64,000 bases of DNA from Burkholderiaceae bacterium (GCA_023954135.1 JAMLIN010000001.1:157852-221851); one strand, 5' to 3'. Positions 27,164 to 35,712 are shown, counted from the first letter of the stretch. Made by a program: numbers and translations. Notes: a model not told the origin generated them from the letters alone.

Positions 27164-29872
27164 ATGACCATGCCCGAATCGACTCGCCAGGGACCGCTTC
27201 CCGACGGGCGCATGAGTAGTGCCACCGTCACGTCGCCAGGTCTCCCGCCCGAGTTCGCGCAGCGCGAGCTCGCCTCGGTGCGGGCGCGCCGCGCCGCCCT
27301 CGGCATCCCGCTGGCCGACACCGAGCCCACCGGCCGGGTCGGCCTCGCGATCTCGGGCGGCGGCATCCGCAGCGCGACCTTCGCCCTCGGCGTCCTCCAG
27401 GCGCTGGCGCGGCACCGCCGCTTGCGACACGTCGACTACCTGTCCACCGTGTCGGGAGGCGGCTACATCGGCGCCTTTCTCGGCAGCCTGTACCTGCCCG
27501 CCGAGGCGCGCGACACCGACGGCGAAGCCGCGGCGTCGCCGACGGCTGCGCCGATGCTCGCCGCGACCGTGCAGCAGGTGGAGGACATCCTCGCCGACGG
27601 CGACTCGCCACCCCTGCGCTGGCTGCGCGAGCATGGCCGCTACATCACGCCGCGCGGTGCCGGCGACATCCTCTACGCCGCCGCGATCTACCTGCGCAAC
27701 TGGATCTCCCTGCACTATGTGCTCGCGGTGACCGTGCTCGCCCTGTTCCTCGCCGCCAACCTCCTGCGCGCCTGGCTCGGCACCCGGGTACCCGAACTGC
27801 GCGGTCTGGAAGCATGGCTCTTCGAGGCCGACGCCGGCTTCTGGTGGAGCCCCTGGTTCGCGCTGCCGCTGGCCGGCTTCATCCTCGTGCTGGTGCCGCT
27901 CGGATGGGCCTACTGGCTCACGCAGACCCGGCAGGGGTCGGCGCTCCGGAATCCGGCGCTCGCGGCCACGGGCTTCGTCGCGCTCTGCGCAGCCGTCGCG
28001 CTGCATCGACTGCCGGACGAAGCCGGCGCCGCAACCCTCGCCGCGGGCTGGCTGGTCCATGCGCCGGCCGCCGCCACCGTCGCATGGCTTGCCGCCTGCG
28101 CAGGCAGGAGCGGCCAGGGTGTCGCGCGCAACCGGCTGTCGCGCTGGCTCGCGGCGGGCCTCGCGACCGTCCTGCTGCTCGCCGCCTGGGCGATGGTCGA
28201 CAGCCTCGGCCAGACGCTGTTCCGGCTGGCCCGCACCGGCGACGCCTTCGGCTGGACCACCCTCGTCCCGCTCGCCTCGGCCATCGCCCTGCTGGTGCAG
28301 CGCTTCGCGCCGGCGATCGAACGCCTCGCCGGCCCCGGAGGCGGCCTGCGGGTGCCGGCTTCCGCACTGCTGTCGCTGCTCGGCTTCCTGCTGCTCGCGA
28401 TCGTCCTGGTCGGCTGGTCGGCGGTCGGCCACGCACTGCTCTGGACCGGTGCCTGCATGGACTGCGGCACGGCACCCGCGGCGCCGCGCATGGACGTCAG
28501 CGCCGCCCTGCTCGCGGTGCTCGTCGTGATCGCCTTGCTCACCGGCCGCACGCTGCCCTTCCTGAACCTCTCGACGCTCGCCCAGTTCTACTCGGCGCGG
28601 CTCACCCGCGCCTATCTCGGTGCGAGCCATCCGGGCCGCACCGGCTACCGCGGCGCCGCAACCGCCGCGTCGATGTCCGGCAACGTGACCGCCGCACGGC
28701 CATGCGCCGACGTGAGCCAGGCCGCGCCGGGCGACGAGATCCGGTGGCGCGCCTATCGGCCCGACCTGCATGGCGGCCCGCTGCATTTCGTCAACGTCAC
28801 CGTCAACGAGACCGTCATCGGCGCGGCGCAGCTCGCCCAGCGCGACCGCAAGGGCCTGCCGATGACGGTCGGCCCGTTCGGCCTGAGCGTCGGACGTCAC
28901 GATCATGCCCGCTGGGACGGCTCCGACGCGCGCATCGTCCCGCTCGACGCGGCCGCGCGCCGGGCCGAGCCTCATGCCGCGACTGCGGCCGCCGCGGGCG
29001 CAGGCCGCGCGGTCGAACCGCTCGGACTCGGCCAGTGGATCGCGGTATCGGGCGCGGCCTTCAGCACCGGGCTGGGCGCGCGGACCCGGATGGGCCTGTC
29101 GATGCTGCTGGCGCTGTCGAACGCGCGGCTCGGCTACTGGTGGGACAGCGGTGTCATGCCTCGCGGGAGCTCGGCATCGGGCATGCGGCAATCGACGGAG
29201 CGCGCGTTCGCATGGCTCGCCGCGCTCGCGCCGGTCCAGATGTGCCTGGCCAACGAAACCTTCGCCCGCTTCCACGGCGCGCGGCGGCGGCGCTGGCATC
29301 TCTCCGACGGTGGGCACTTCGAGAACACCGGCGTCTACGAGCTGCTGCGCCGCCGGGTTCCCTTCATGATCGTCTGCGACGACGGCCAGGACCCCGGCGG
29401 CGCCTTCGAGGACCTCGGCAACCTCGTCCGCAAGGCGCGCATCGACTGGGGCGCCGAGATCCGGTTCCTGTCGACGGCCGAGATCACCGAGCTCGTCGGC
29501 GCCGGCTCGCCCCTGCTCGCCAGCATCGGCACCCCGGCGCAGCTGAAACCCGGCGACACCGGACACGCCGAACGTCATGCCGCCCTCGCCTGGGCGCAGT
29601 ACGGCGATGATCCGCGGGCGCGCTCGCTGCTGCTCGTCCTGCGGCCAGCGCTGCTGGGCGACGAGCCGCTCGACCTGCGGGAGTATGCCGCGCGGCACCC
29701 GGACTTCCCGCAGCAGAGCACCGCCGACCAGTCCTTCGACGAAGCGCAGTGGGAAAGCTATCGCCGGCTCGGCGAGCACATCGGCGAGCGGCTGTTCGGC
29801 ACCGAGGCCATGGCCGGTTGCTGGGCGCCTCAGGCGATGTGCGCGCCCTCGGTTGTCGCTTCCAGCAGGTAA
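27164..29872 (+). CDS. patatin/cPLA2-like phospholipase with a large internal polytopic membrane insertion
   Basis: Oxyanion motif SGGGIRS (nt 27353-27373), nucleophile region TVSGGGY (Ser codon at 27452-27454), and catalytic Asp motif SDGGHFENTG (nt 29306-29314). About 7-8 hydrophobic helices lie between them. The C-terminus carries FPQQSTADQSFDEAQWESYRRLG. Confidence 0.75.
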   Translation: MTMPESTRQGPLPDGRMSSATVTSPGLPPEFAQRELASVRARRAALGIPLADTEPTGRVGLAISGGGIRSATFALGVLQALARHRRLRHVDYLSTVSGGGYIGAFLGSLYLPAEARDTDGEAAASPTAAPMLAATVQQVEDILADGDSPPLRWLREHGRYITPRGAGDILYAAAIYLRNWISLHYVLAVTVLALFLAANLLRAWLGTRVPELRGLEAWLFEADAGFWWSPWFALPLAGFILVLVPLGWAYWLTQTRQGSALRNPALAATGFVALCAAVALHRLPDEAGAATLAAGWLVHAPAAATVAWLAACAGRSGQGVARNRLSRWLAAGLATVLLLAAWAMVDSLGQTLFRLARTGDAFGWTTLVPLASAIALLVQRFAPAIERLAGPGGGLRVPASALLSLLGFLLLAIVLVGWSAVGHALLWTGACMDCGTAPAAPRMDVSAALLAVLVVIALLTGRTLPFLNLSTLAQFYSARLTRAYLGASHPGRTGYRGAATAASMSGNVTAARPCADVSQAAPGDEIRWRAYRPDLHGGPLHFVNVTVNETVIGAAQLAQRDRKGLPMTVGPFGLSVGRHDHARWDGSDARIVPLDAAARRAEPHAATAAAAGAGRAVEPLGLGQWIAVSGAAFSTGLGARTRMGLSMLLALSNARLGYWWDSGVMPRGSSASGMRQSTERAFAWLAALAPVQMCLANETFARFHGARRRRWHLSDGGHFENTGVYELLRRRVPFMIVCDDGQDPGGAFEDLGNLVRKARIDWGAEIRFLSTAEITELVGAGSPLLASIGTPAQLKPGDTGHAERHAALAWAQYGDDPRARSLLLVLRPALLGDEPLDLREYAARHPDFPQQSTADQSFDEAQWESYRRLGEHIGERLFGTEAMAGCWAPQAMCAPSVVASSR

Positions 29873-31125
29873 GTTCTCACTTCGCCCAACCCCTTCATCG
29901 GCACCGGCGGCAACTCGCGCGTCCGGAAGCGGTCGCGCAATCGCTGCCAGGCCGCCTCGGAGATGTGCACTCCCGACGGGCTGCCGCTCGACTCGAGGCG
30001 GCTCGCGAGATTGACCGATTCGCCCCAGCAGTCGAAGGCCGGCTTGCGGGTGCCGATGACTCCCGCGATCACCGGCCCCACATGCAGGCCGATGCGCACG
30101 TTGAGCGGCAGGCCGGTCTCGCGCGACACCTCGGCGACGCGCGCCTGGAGCGCGAGCGCGAAATGCGCCGCGCGCTCCGCATGATCGCCATCGGATGCCG
30201 CGCGGGCAGGTGCCACCCCGTGCCCGGTCGGCACGATCCCGCACACCGCCATGTAGGCATCGCCGATCGTCTTGATCCGCTCGACGCCGTGGGCAGCGGC
30301 GAGGCGATCGAAATCCGAGAAGAGCCGATCGAGCAGCTGCACCACCTCGGGCGCCGGCAACCGGTTCGAGAGCGCGGTGAAGCCGACGAGATCCGCGAAG
30401 ACGATGCTCACCTCGCGGTGCGCGTCGGCGATCGGCGATTCGCCGCTCTGGATCCGGTCGACGATCTCGCCCGGCAGCATGCTGTGCAGCAGGTCCTCGA
30501 TCCGGGCCTTGGCGGCCGTGACTTCGTTGAACAGCCGGAACTCGCGCCGGTTCTCGCTCTCGCGCGTCCAGGCGCCGTACAGGCCGAGGACCAGCGCCGC
30601 GCTGACCGCGATCGTGCCGGCGACGGACAGACCCGGTTCGGACCGGCTCGCCGCGGCGGCCACCGCCAGGAACGCGGCCCAGGCCACCAGCGAGAACACC
30701 GCGAAGTGCCGGAACCGCAGGCGGATGATGAAGATCGTCGAGAGCATCAGCAACACGATCCCGAGCCCGGCGCGGGCCACGCCGACATCGCTGCGCATGT
30801 AGACGAGGGCGAGCATCGTCGCGACCAGGCAGGCGACCAGGGTGGCCGCCAGCTCGTAGACACCGTCCACCCAGGGATAGCGCACGGCCCATGCGAACAC
30901 CAGCATCACCGGCACGATCACGAACAGCCGCAGGACGACCGTCGTGGAGGCGACCGCCGGATCGAACAGCCAGTCCGAGAGGGCGAAGAGCGCGACCAGC
31001 AGGGCGCCGGCGAGCAGTGCGATGCCGGTATGGTGGCGAAAGCGCAGGCAGTAGAAGTTGCGAAACGCCGTCTCTTCCGCCGGATCATCGAAGCGCAGGT
31101 GCATACCGTCGGGAAAGCCGGCCAT
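29830..31125 (-). CDS. membrane-anchored class III adenylate cyclase
   Basis: About 6 N-terminal TM helices, then a cyclase homology domain with FADLVGFT, RIKTIGDAYM and FDCWGESVNLASRLES. The Lys and Asp purine-selecting positions fit ATP. I prefer the ATG at 31125; the track uses the TTG at 31131. Confidence 0.85.
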   Translation of the reverse strand: MAGFPDGMHLRFDDPAEETAFRNFYCLRFRHHTGIALLAGALLVALFALSDWLFDPAVASTTVVLRLFVIVPVMLVFAWAVRYPWVDGVYELAATLVACLVATMLALVYMRSDVGVARAGLGIVLLMLSTIFIIRLRFRHFAVFSLVAWAAFLAVAAAASRSEPGLSVAGTIAVSAALVLGLYGAWTRESENRREFRLFNEVTAAKARIEDLLHSMLPGEIVDRIQSGESPIADAHREVSIVFADLVGFTALSNRLPAPEVVQLLDRLFSDFDRLAAAHGVERIKTIGDAYMAVCGIVPTGHGVAPARAASDGDHAERAAHFALALQARVAEVSRETGLPLNVRIGLHVGPVIAGVIGTRKPAFDCWGESVNLASRLESSGSPSGVHISEAAWQRLRDRFRTRELPPVPMKGLGEVRTYLLEATTEGAHIA

Positions 31126-31338
31126 CGCCAATCACCATCCGGGAACATCGCCGCGCGGGTCTTCGCCCCGCTGTCGGCCGATCGAGAGAAGCGTGCATCC
31201 TACCGCGCGCGCTCTGGTGGGTCGAGATTGCGGCAGCCGCCGGGTGCAGCCCGCCGCCTCGCGTCGCGGCCACGCACCGTCGATGGTCACCGGGGAATCG
31301 CGCTATTCTCTGCCCCGGACTATCGAGGCAACGATGCG

Positions 31339-33051
31339 ATGAATCCTGCCGTGGCCGGCGCGGCGAGCGCAGCAGCCGGCGCCATCCTGCAGCAGCCGGA
31401 CCGGGCCGGCATGCTCGCGCGTCTCGCCTCGACCCCGGTGTGGGACGTCGCCGTGATCGGCGGCGGAGCGACCGGGCTCGGCGTCGCGCTCGACGCCGCC
31501 GCCCGCGGCTTCTCGGTCGTCCTGCTCGAGGCCGAGGACTTCGCCAAGGGCACCTCGTCACGGGCGACCAAGCTGGTCCACGGTGGCGTGCGCTACCTCG
31601 CCCAGGGCAACCTCGGCCTCGTCCGGGAAGCGCTCGCCGAGCGCCGCAACCTGCTCGACAATGCCTCCCATCTCGCCCAGCCCCTGCAGTTCGTGATGCC
31701 GGTCTACGGCCGGCGGGGCCGCTGGTTCGACAAATGGTTCTACGGTGCCGGTCTGGTGACCTACGACCTGCTGGCCGGCCGTGCCGGCCTCGGCCGGACA
31801 CGCTTTCTCGGCCGGGACGCCGCGATCGCCGAAGTCCCGGGCGTGCGCGCCCAGGGCCTGGCCGGCGCCGTCGCCTACTGGGACGGCATCTTCGACGATG
31901 CGAGGCTTGCGCTCACTCTCGCCAGAACCGCAATCGCGCAGGGCGCCTGCATCCTCAACCACTGCCGGGTCGAGACCCTGTCGCGCAGCGGCGGACGGAT
32001 CGACGGTTTCGAGTTCCTCGACGCCGGAACGGGTATCCGCCATCGCCTGCGGGCACGCTGCGTGATCAATGCCACCGGCGTCTGGGTCGACGAGGTGCGC
32101 CGCATGGACCGGCCCTCGGGCCGGGACATCGTCGCCCCGAGCCAGGGCGTGCACCTGGTGGTCGACCGGTCCTTCCAGCCGAGCGACCGGGCGATCCTGG
32201 TACCTGCCACCGCCGACGGCCGGGTGCTCTTCGTGGTGCCCTGGATGGGGCGCACCATCCTCGGCACCACCGACACGCCGCGTGAGGACCTCGCCATCGA
32301 GCCCCTGCCTTTCGAGGAGGAGATCGACTTCATCCTCGCCGAAAGCGCCAGGTACCTCGCCCGCCCGCCGCGGCGATCCGACATCCTGTCGATGTGGGTG
32401 GGCCTGCGTCCCCTCGTGCGCCCGGCCGACGGCGATACCGGCAATACCAAGCGGGTATCGCGCGAGCACACGGTGCTGGTCGCCGACAGCGGCCTGGTCA
32501 CCGTCACCGGCGGCAAGTGGACCACCTACCGCGCGATGGCCGAGGACGTCCTCGAGCAGTGTTTCGAGGCGAAGCTGCTGCCCGCGAAGCCGGCCGGCGC
32601 AACGACGCACCTGCGGCTGGCCGGAGCGCCGCAGCCTCAGGCGAACACGATACCGGTGACCGCGATGCCAGGCGCCCATCTGTACGGCCTGGAGGCCGCG
32701 ATGCTCGCCCGACTGCCGGGAGCGCAACGCGAGCTCGCGCCCGGCCTGACCGAAGCGATGGTGCGGTTCGCCGCGCGACATGAATACGCCCTGAGCGTCG
32801 AGGACGTGCTCGCGCGGCGCAGCCGGCTGCTGTTCATCGACGCCCGCGCCGCGGCCGCGATCGCCGACACGGTTGCCACGATCCTGCGCGAAGAGCTCGG
32901 CGACGCATTCGACGCCGACGCATCGGCAGCCGCATTCCGCGAGCTGGCGGCCCAGTACCTGCCGTCCCGGCCCGCCCTCGATCAGCGCTGCGGCGGCGCC
33001 CCGATGTCTAGTTCGGCACCGCTCGCCGGCCCGCCCGGTCGCGCGCGATGA
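31339..33051 (+). CDS. glpD: FAD-dependent glycerol-3-phosphate dehydrogenase
   Basis: Track ORF 29749..33051 trimmed to the ATG at 31339. DVAVIGGGATGLGVALDAAARG FAD fold, SSRATKLVHGGVRYL, GGKWTTYR. Confidence 0.9.
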   Translation: MNPAVAGAASAAAGAILQQPDRAGMLARLASTPVWDVAVIGGGATGLGVALDAAARGFSVVLLEAEDFAKGTSSRATKLVHGGVRYLAQGNLGLVREALAERRNLLDNASHLAQPLQFVMPVYGRRGRWFDKWFYGAGLVTYDLLAGRAGLGRTRFLGRDAAIAEVPGVRAQGLAGAVAYWDGIFDDARLALTLARTAIAQGACILNHCRVETLSRSGGRIDGFEFLDAGTGIRHRLRARCVINATGVWVDEVRRMDRPSGRDIVAPSQGVHLVVDRSFQPSDRAILVPATADGRVLFVVPWMGRTILGTTDTPREDLAIEPLPFEEEIDFILAESARYLARPPRRSDILSMWVGLRPLVRPADGDTGNTKRVSREHTVLVADSGLVTVTGGKWTTYRAMAEDVLEQCFEAKLLPAKPAGATTHLRLAGAPQPQANTIPVTAMPGAHLYGLEAAMLARLPGAQRELAPGLTEAMVRFAARHEYALSVEDVLARRSRLLFIDARAAAAIADTVATILREELGDAFDADASAAAFRELAAQYLPSRPALDQRCGGAPMSSSAPLAGPPGRAR

Positions 33052-34162
33052 TCGTCTTCATGATCTGGGCCGTGCCATCACCGAGCTGGTAGCCGAGCAC
33101 ATCGCGCAGCCGCTGCTCCATCAGGCCGCGGTCGTAACCCCCGTGGCCGTGCATCAGCAGGCACTGGTGCACCACCTCGTGGGCGAGCTTCGGCCCCCAC
33201 CACTTGCACATCGCCGCTTCGGCGGAATGAGGCAAGCCCCGGTCCTTGAGCCAGAGCGCCTGCAGGCAGAGCAGGCGGGCAGCCACGACCTGGGTGTCGA
33301 GCTCGGCGAGCGGATGCGACACGCCCTGGAAAGCCGACAGCGGGGCGCCGAACGCCTCGCGCTGGGTCACGTATTGCCAGGTCTCCTCCAGCGCGACCCG
33401 TGCCACCGCGAGGACCTGCAGGCCGATCAGGGCGCGCGAGAAGTCGAAACCCTGCATGACCTGCACGAAGCCCTTGCCTTCCTCGCCGAGCCGATGGTTC
33501 CCGGGCACCCGGACCTTGTCGAAGAAGAGCGAGCCGCGCCCGATGGCCCGCTGGCCATGGCAGTCGAAGCGGCTCTTGGTGAGGCCCGGCGCATCGCCCG
33601 GCACCACCAGGGCAGTGATGCCGTGCGCGCCGGATTCGATGCTGCCGCTGCGGCCGAAGACGATGATCGCATCGGCCTGGTCGGCGGCGGAGATGGAGGT
33701 CTTCTCGCCGTCGATGACGTAGTCGCCACCATCGCGGGTGATCCTCAGGCGCAGGTTCGCCGCGTCCGAGCCGCCCCGCGGCTCGGTCAGCGCGATCGCC
33801 ACCAGCGCCTCGCCGGCGACCAGTCGCGCCAGCAACGGCTCGACGACCTCCGGATCGCCATGCTCGGACAGGATCTGGCTGTTGAGCGAGCCCAGCAGGT
33901 TGATGTAGCCCATCGACAGGTCGGCGCGAGCGATCTCCTCCTGGATCAGCCCGGAGGCGACCCGGCTGATGCCCTGGCCACCGAAACGCTCGGGCAACTC
34001 CGGCGCGATGAAGCCCATCTCGCCCATCTCGCGCATCAGTCCGCGATCGAGGACGCGGGTGCGATCGCGCTCCTGGAAGCCGGGAGCGATCCGTTCGCCG
34101 GCGAAGCGGCGGACCTGTCCGGCGAGCGACTGGAGGTCTTCGTCGATGTAGGGATTGCGCAT
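33008..34162 (-). CDS. acyl-CoA dehydrogenase (AliB-like candidate)
   Basis: ACAD layout with LTEPRGGSD and a C-terminal GDGTAQIMKTIIAR. It lies immediately downstream of the BadI-like gene. Confidence 0.8.
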   Translation of the reverse strand: MRNPYIDEDLQSLAGQVRRFAGERIAPGFQERDRTRVLDRGLMREMGEMGFIAPELPERFGGQGISRVASGLIQEEIARADLSMGYINLLGSLNSQILSEHGDPEVVEPLLARLVAGEALVAIALTEPRGGSDAANLRLRITRDGGDYVIDGEKTSISAADQADAIIVFGRSGSIESGAHGITALVVPGDAPGLTKSRFDCHGQRAIGRGSLFFDKVRVPGNHRLGEEGKGFVQVMQGFDFSRALIGLQVLAVARVALEETWQYVTQREAFGAPLSAFQGVSHPLAELDTQVVAARLLCLQALWLKDRGLPHSAEAAMCKWWGPKLAHEVVHQCLLMHGHGGYDRGLMEQRLRDVLGYQLGDGTAQIMKTIIARDRAGRRAVPN

Positions 34163-34181
34163 GCCTGCCTCCGGTGTTGCG

Positions 34182-34973
34182 TTACTTCGCGAAGCGGCGG
34201 AAATCCGGCTTGCGCTTCTCCTTCAGTGCATTGACGCCCTCGCGCGACTCCTCGGTGTCGTAGTAGAGCTTCAGCGCGTACATGCCGAGTCCCGCGATCC
34301 CCGCCTGGTGGGCCGTATCCATGTTGAAGCTGCGCTTGGCGATCGCGATCGCAGTCGGGCTGCGCATGCAGAGTTCCTCGCCCCACCTCTGGACTTCGGC
34401 ATCGAGCTCGTCGTGCGGCACGCACTTGTTGGCCAGGCCCATCTCGACCGCCTCCGGCCCCGAGTAGCGGCGGCACATGTACCAGATCTCGCGGGCCTTC
34501 TTCTCGCCGACGACTCGCGCGAGGAAGGCGGTACCGTAACCCGGATCGACCGAGCCCATGGTAGGCCCAACCTGACCGAAGATCGCCTTCTCCGAACAGA
34601 TGGTGAGGTCGCAGATGGTGGCGAGCACATTGCCACCACCGATCGCATAGCCCTGCACACGGGCGATGACCGGCTTGGGCACGTCGCGGATCACGGTATG
34701 CAGCTCTTCCATCGGCAGACCGACGGTGCCGCGGCCATCGTAGTTGCCTTCATGCGCCGACTGGTCGCCGCCAGTGCAGAACGCCCTGTCGCCGGCGCCC
34801 GCCAGCACGATCGCGCCGACGCCACGGTCGTAGCCGGCGCGGTTGAAAGCCCGTATGAGCTCGTCGCAGGTGACGCCCCGGAAGGCGTTCATCTTCTCGG
34901 GACGGTTGATCGTGATCCACGCCACCCCGTTGCGCACCTCGTAGAGGATGTCTTCGTACTCGCTGTCGGCCAT
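34182..34973 (-). CDS. MenB/BadI-type crotonase (probable 2-ketocyclohexanecarboxyl-CoA hydrolase-like)
   Basis: ILYEVRNGVAWITINRPEKMNAFRG...AFCTGGDQS...GYAIGGGNVLATICDLTI...EGVNALKEKRKPDF. By recollection it closely resembles the BadI/MenB subfamily. Confidence 0.75.
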   Translation of the reverse strand: MADSEYEDILYEVRNGVAWITINRPEKMNAFRGVTCDELIRAFNRAGYDRGVGAIVLAGAGDRAFCTGGDQSAHEGNYDGRGTVGLPMEELHTVIRDVPKPVIARVQGYAIGGGNVLATICDLTICSEKAIFGQVGPTMGSVDPGYGTAFLARVVGEKKAREIWYMCRRYSGPEAVEMGLANKCVPHDELDAEVQRWGEELCMRSPTAIAIAKRSFNMDTAHQAGIAGLGMYALKLYYDTEESREGVNALKEKRKPDFRRFAK

Positions 34974-35029
34974 GTCGTGTCTCCGTGAACGGTTTGAAGG
35001 TATCCCGGAATGCCTTTTCGCACAGGGGG

Positions 35030-35045
35030 ATATATGTCAATATAT
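35030..35045. promoter_or_regulatory. AT-only inverted repeat in the badI-like/marR divergent promoter
   Basis: ATATAT-GTCA-ATATAT sits inside a 130-bp divergent intergenic region. It stands out in a very GC-rich genome. Candidate MarR operator and/or -10 element. Confidence 0.4.
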
Positions 35046-35103
35046 TTGCCTAGTTTACGTAGCCGACCAGCAACTGACAAGACCGGCAACGAAAGGGGGC
35101 ATC

Positions 35104-35607
35104 ATGAAAAAGACCTTGTCTGACAACGAGGCAACGCGACTGGCCCTGGCGAACCGGCTGTTCTTTCGCCTGTATCAATGTGCCAATATGCTGCATAAAA
35201 CCGGGACGCGCGCGATCGAGGCGCACGGCCTGACCACCCAGCAATGGGCGGTGCTCGGCGCCCTCTCCCGGCCCCAGGTCGACGACGGCATGAAGCTCGG
35301 CGACCTGGCGCGCTACCTGATGGTCAGTCGCCAGAACCTCTCGGGCGTCGTCGGCCGGCTCGAGCGTGACGGCCACGTCACGAGCATCCCCGACCCGAAC
35401 GACCGGCGCTCGCGCCTGATCCACATGACGGCGAGTGGCCGCGAGGTCTGGCTGGTGCACGCCGTGCCGCTCATCGCCGAGTACTACGAAGCCGCCCTCG
35501 AGGGCTTCGGCGTCAACGACATGGTCCACACGGTGCACTACCTGCTGCGGATCCTCGAGAACATGCGCCGGCTCGATACGGCCAGCGACGACGCCGGGGA
35601 GCCCTGA
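35104..35607 (+). CDS. MarR-family transcriptional regulator
   Basis: ATG at 35104. Winged-helix region LTTQQWAVLGALSR...MKLGDLARYLMVSRQNLSGVVGRLERDGHV...DPNDRRSRLI. Confidence 0.85.
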   Translation: MKKTLSDNEATRLALANRLFFRLYQCANMLHKTGTRAIEAHGLTTQQWAVLGALSRPQVDDGMKLGDLARYLMVSRQNLSGVVGRLERDGHVTSIPDPNDRRSRLIHMTASGREVWLVHAVPLIAEYYEAALEGFGVNDMVHTVHYLLRILENMRRLDTASDDAGEP

Positions 35608-35645
35608 AGTGAACCCGCCCCCACGCTCTCGCCGTCGCTCGCTTC

Positions 35646-35667
35646 GGCCGCGCCCACAGGCGCGGCC
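35646..35667. terminator. GC hairpin between convergent marR and SBP genes
   Basis: GGCCGCGC-CCACAG-GCGCGGCC, an 8-bp stem with no U-tract. Confidence 0.3.
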
Positions 35668-35712
35668 GGGCGCCACTGATACGGCTTCGCAAGGACCCCC
35701 GGCGCCGCAGCC

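Noticed and set aside
27107-30892. 1261-aa ORF on the minus strand spanning the whole lipase gene and part of the cyclase gene.
   Set aside because: It is antisense to a frame with clear patatin motifs and out of frame with the cyclase. Its translation is Arg/Gly/Ala/Pro-rich and low-complexity with no recognisable motif. This is the stop-codon-poor shadow frame expected at this GC content.
27164-31125. Reading the cyclase plus patatin pair as a CBASS- or Pycsar-type anti-phage signalling system.
   Set aside because: The cyclase is a class III enzyme with the Lys/Asp pair for ATP and a 6-TM anchor. It is not a cGAS/DncV-like nucleotidyltransferase or a pyrimidine cyclase. The genes are convergent rather than co-directional. 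The lipase has no recognisable cyclic-nucleotide-sensing domain. The flanks are glp housekeeping genes with no other defence or mobility genes. I kept it as an unexplained pairing, not as a defence call.
29749-33051. 1100-aa plus-strand ORF suggesting a giant GlpD fusion. Similar N-terminal extensions occur on 12150-13892, 14524-16104, 22271-23344 and 51283-52632.
   Set aside because: The homology-like sequence starts only at internal ATG codons with Shine-Dalgarno-like sequences (31339, 13391, 15339, 23110, 52026). The extensions overlap other genes and are low-complexity.
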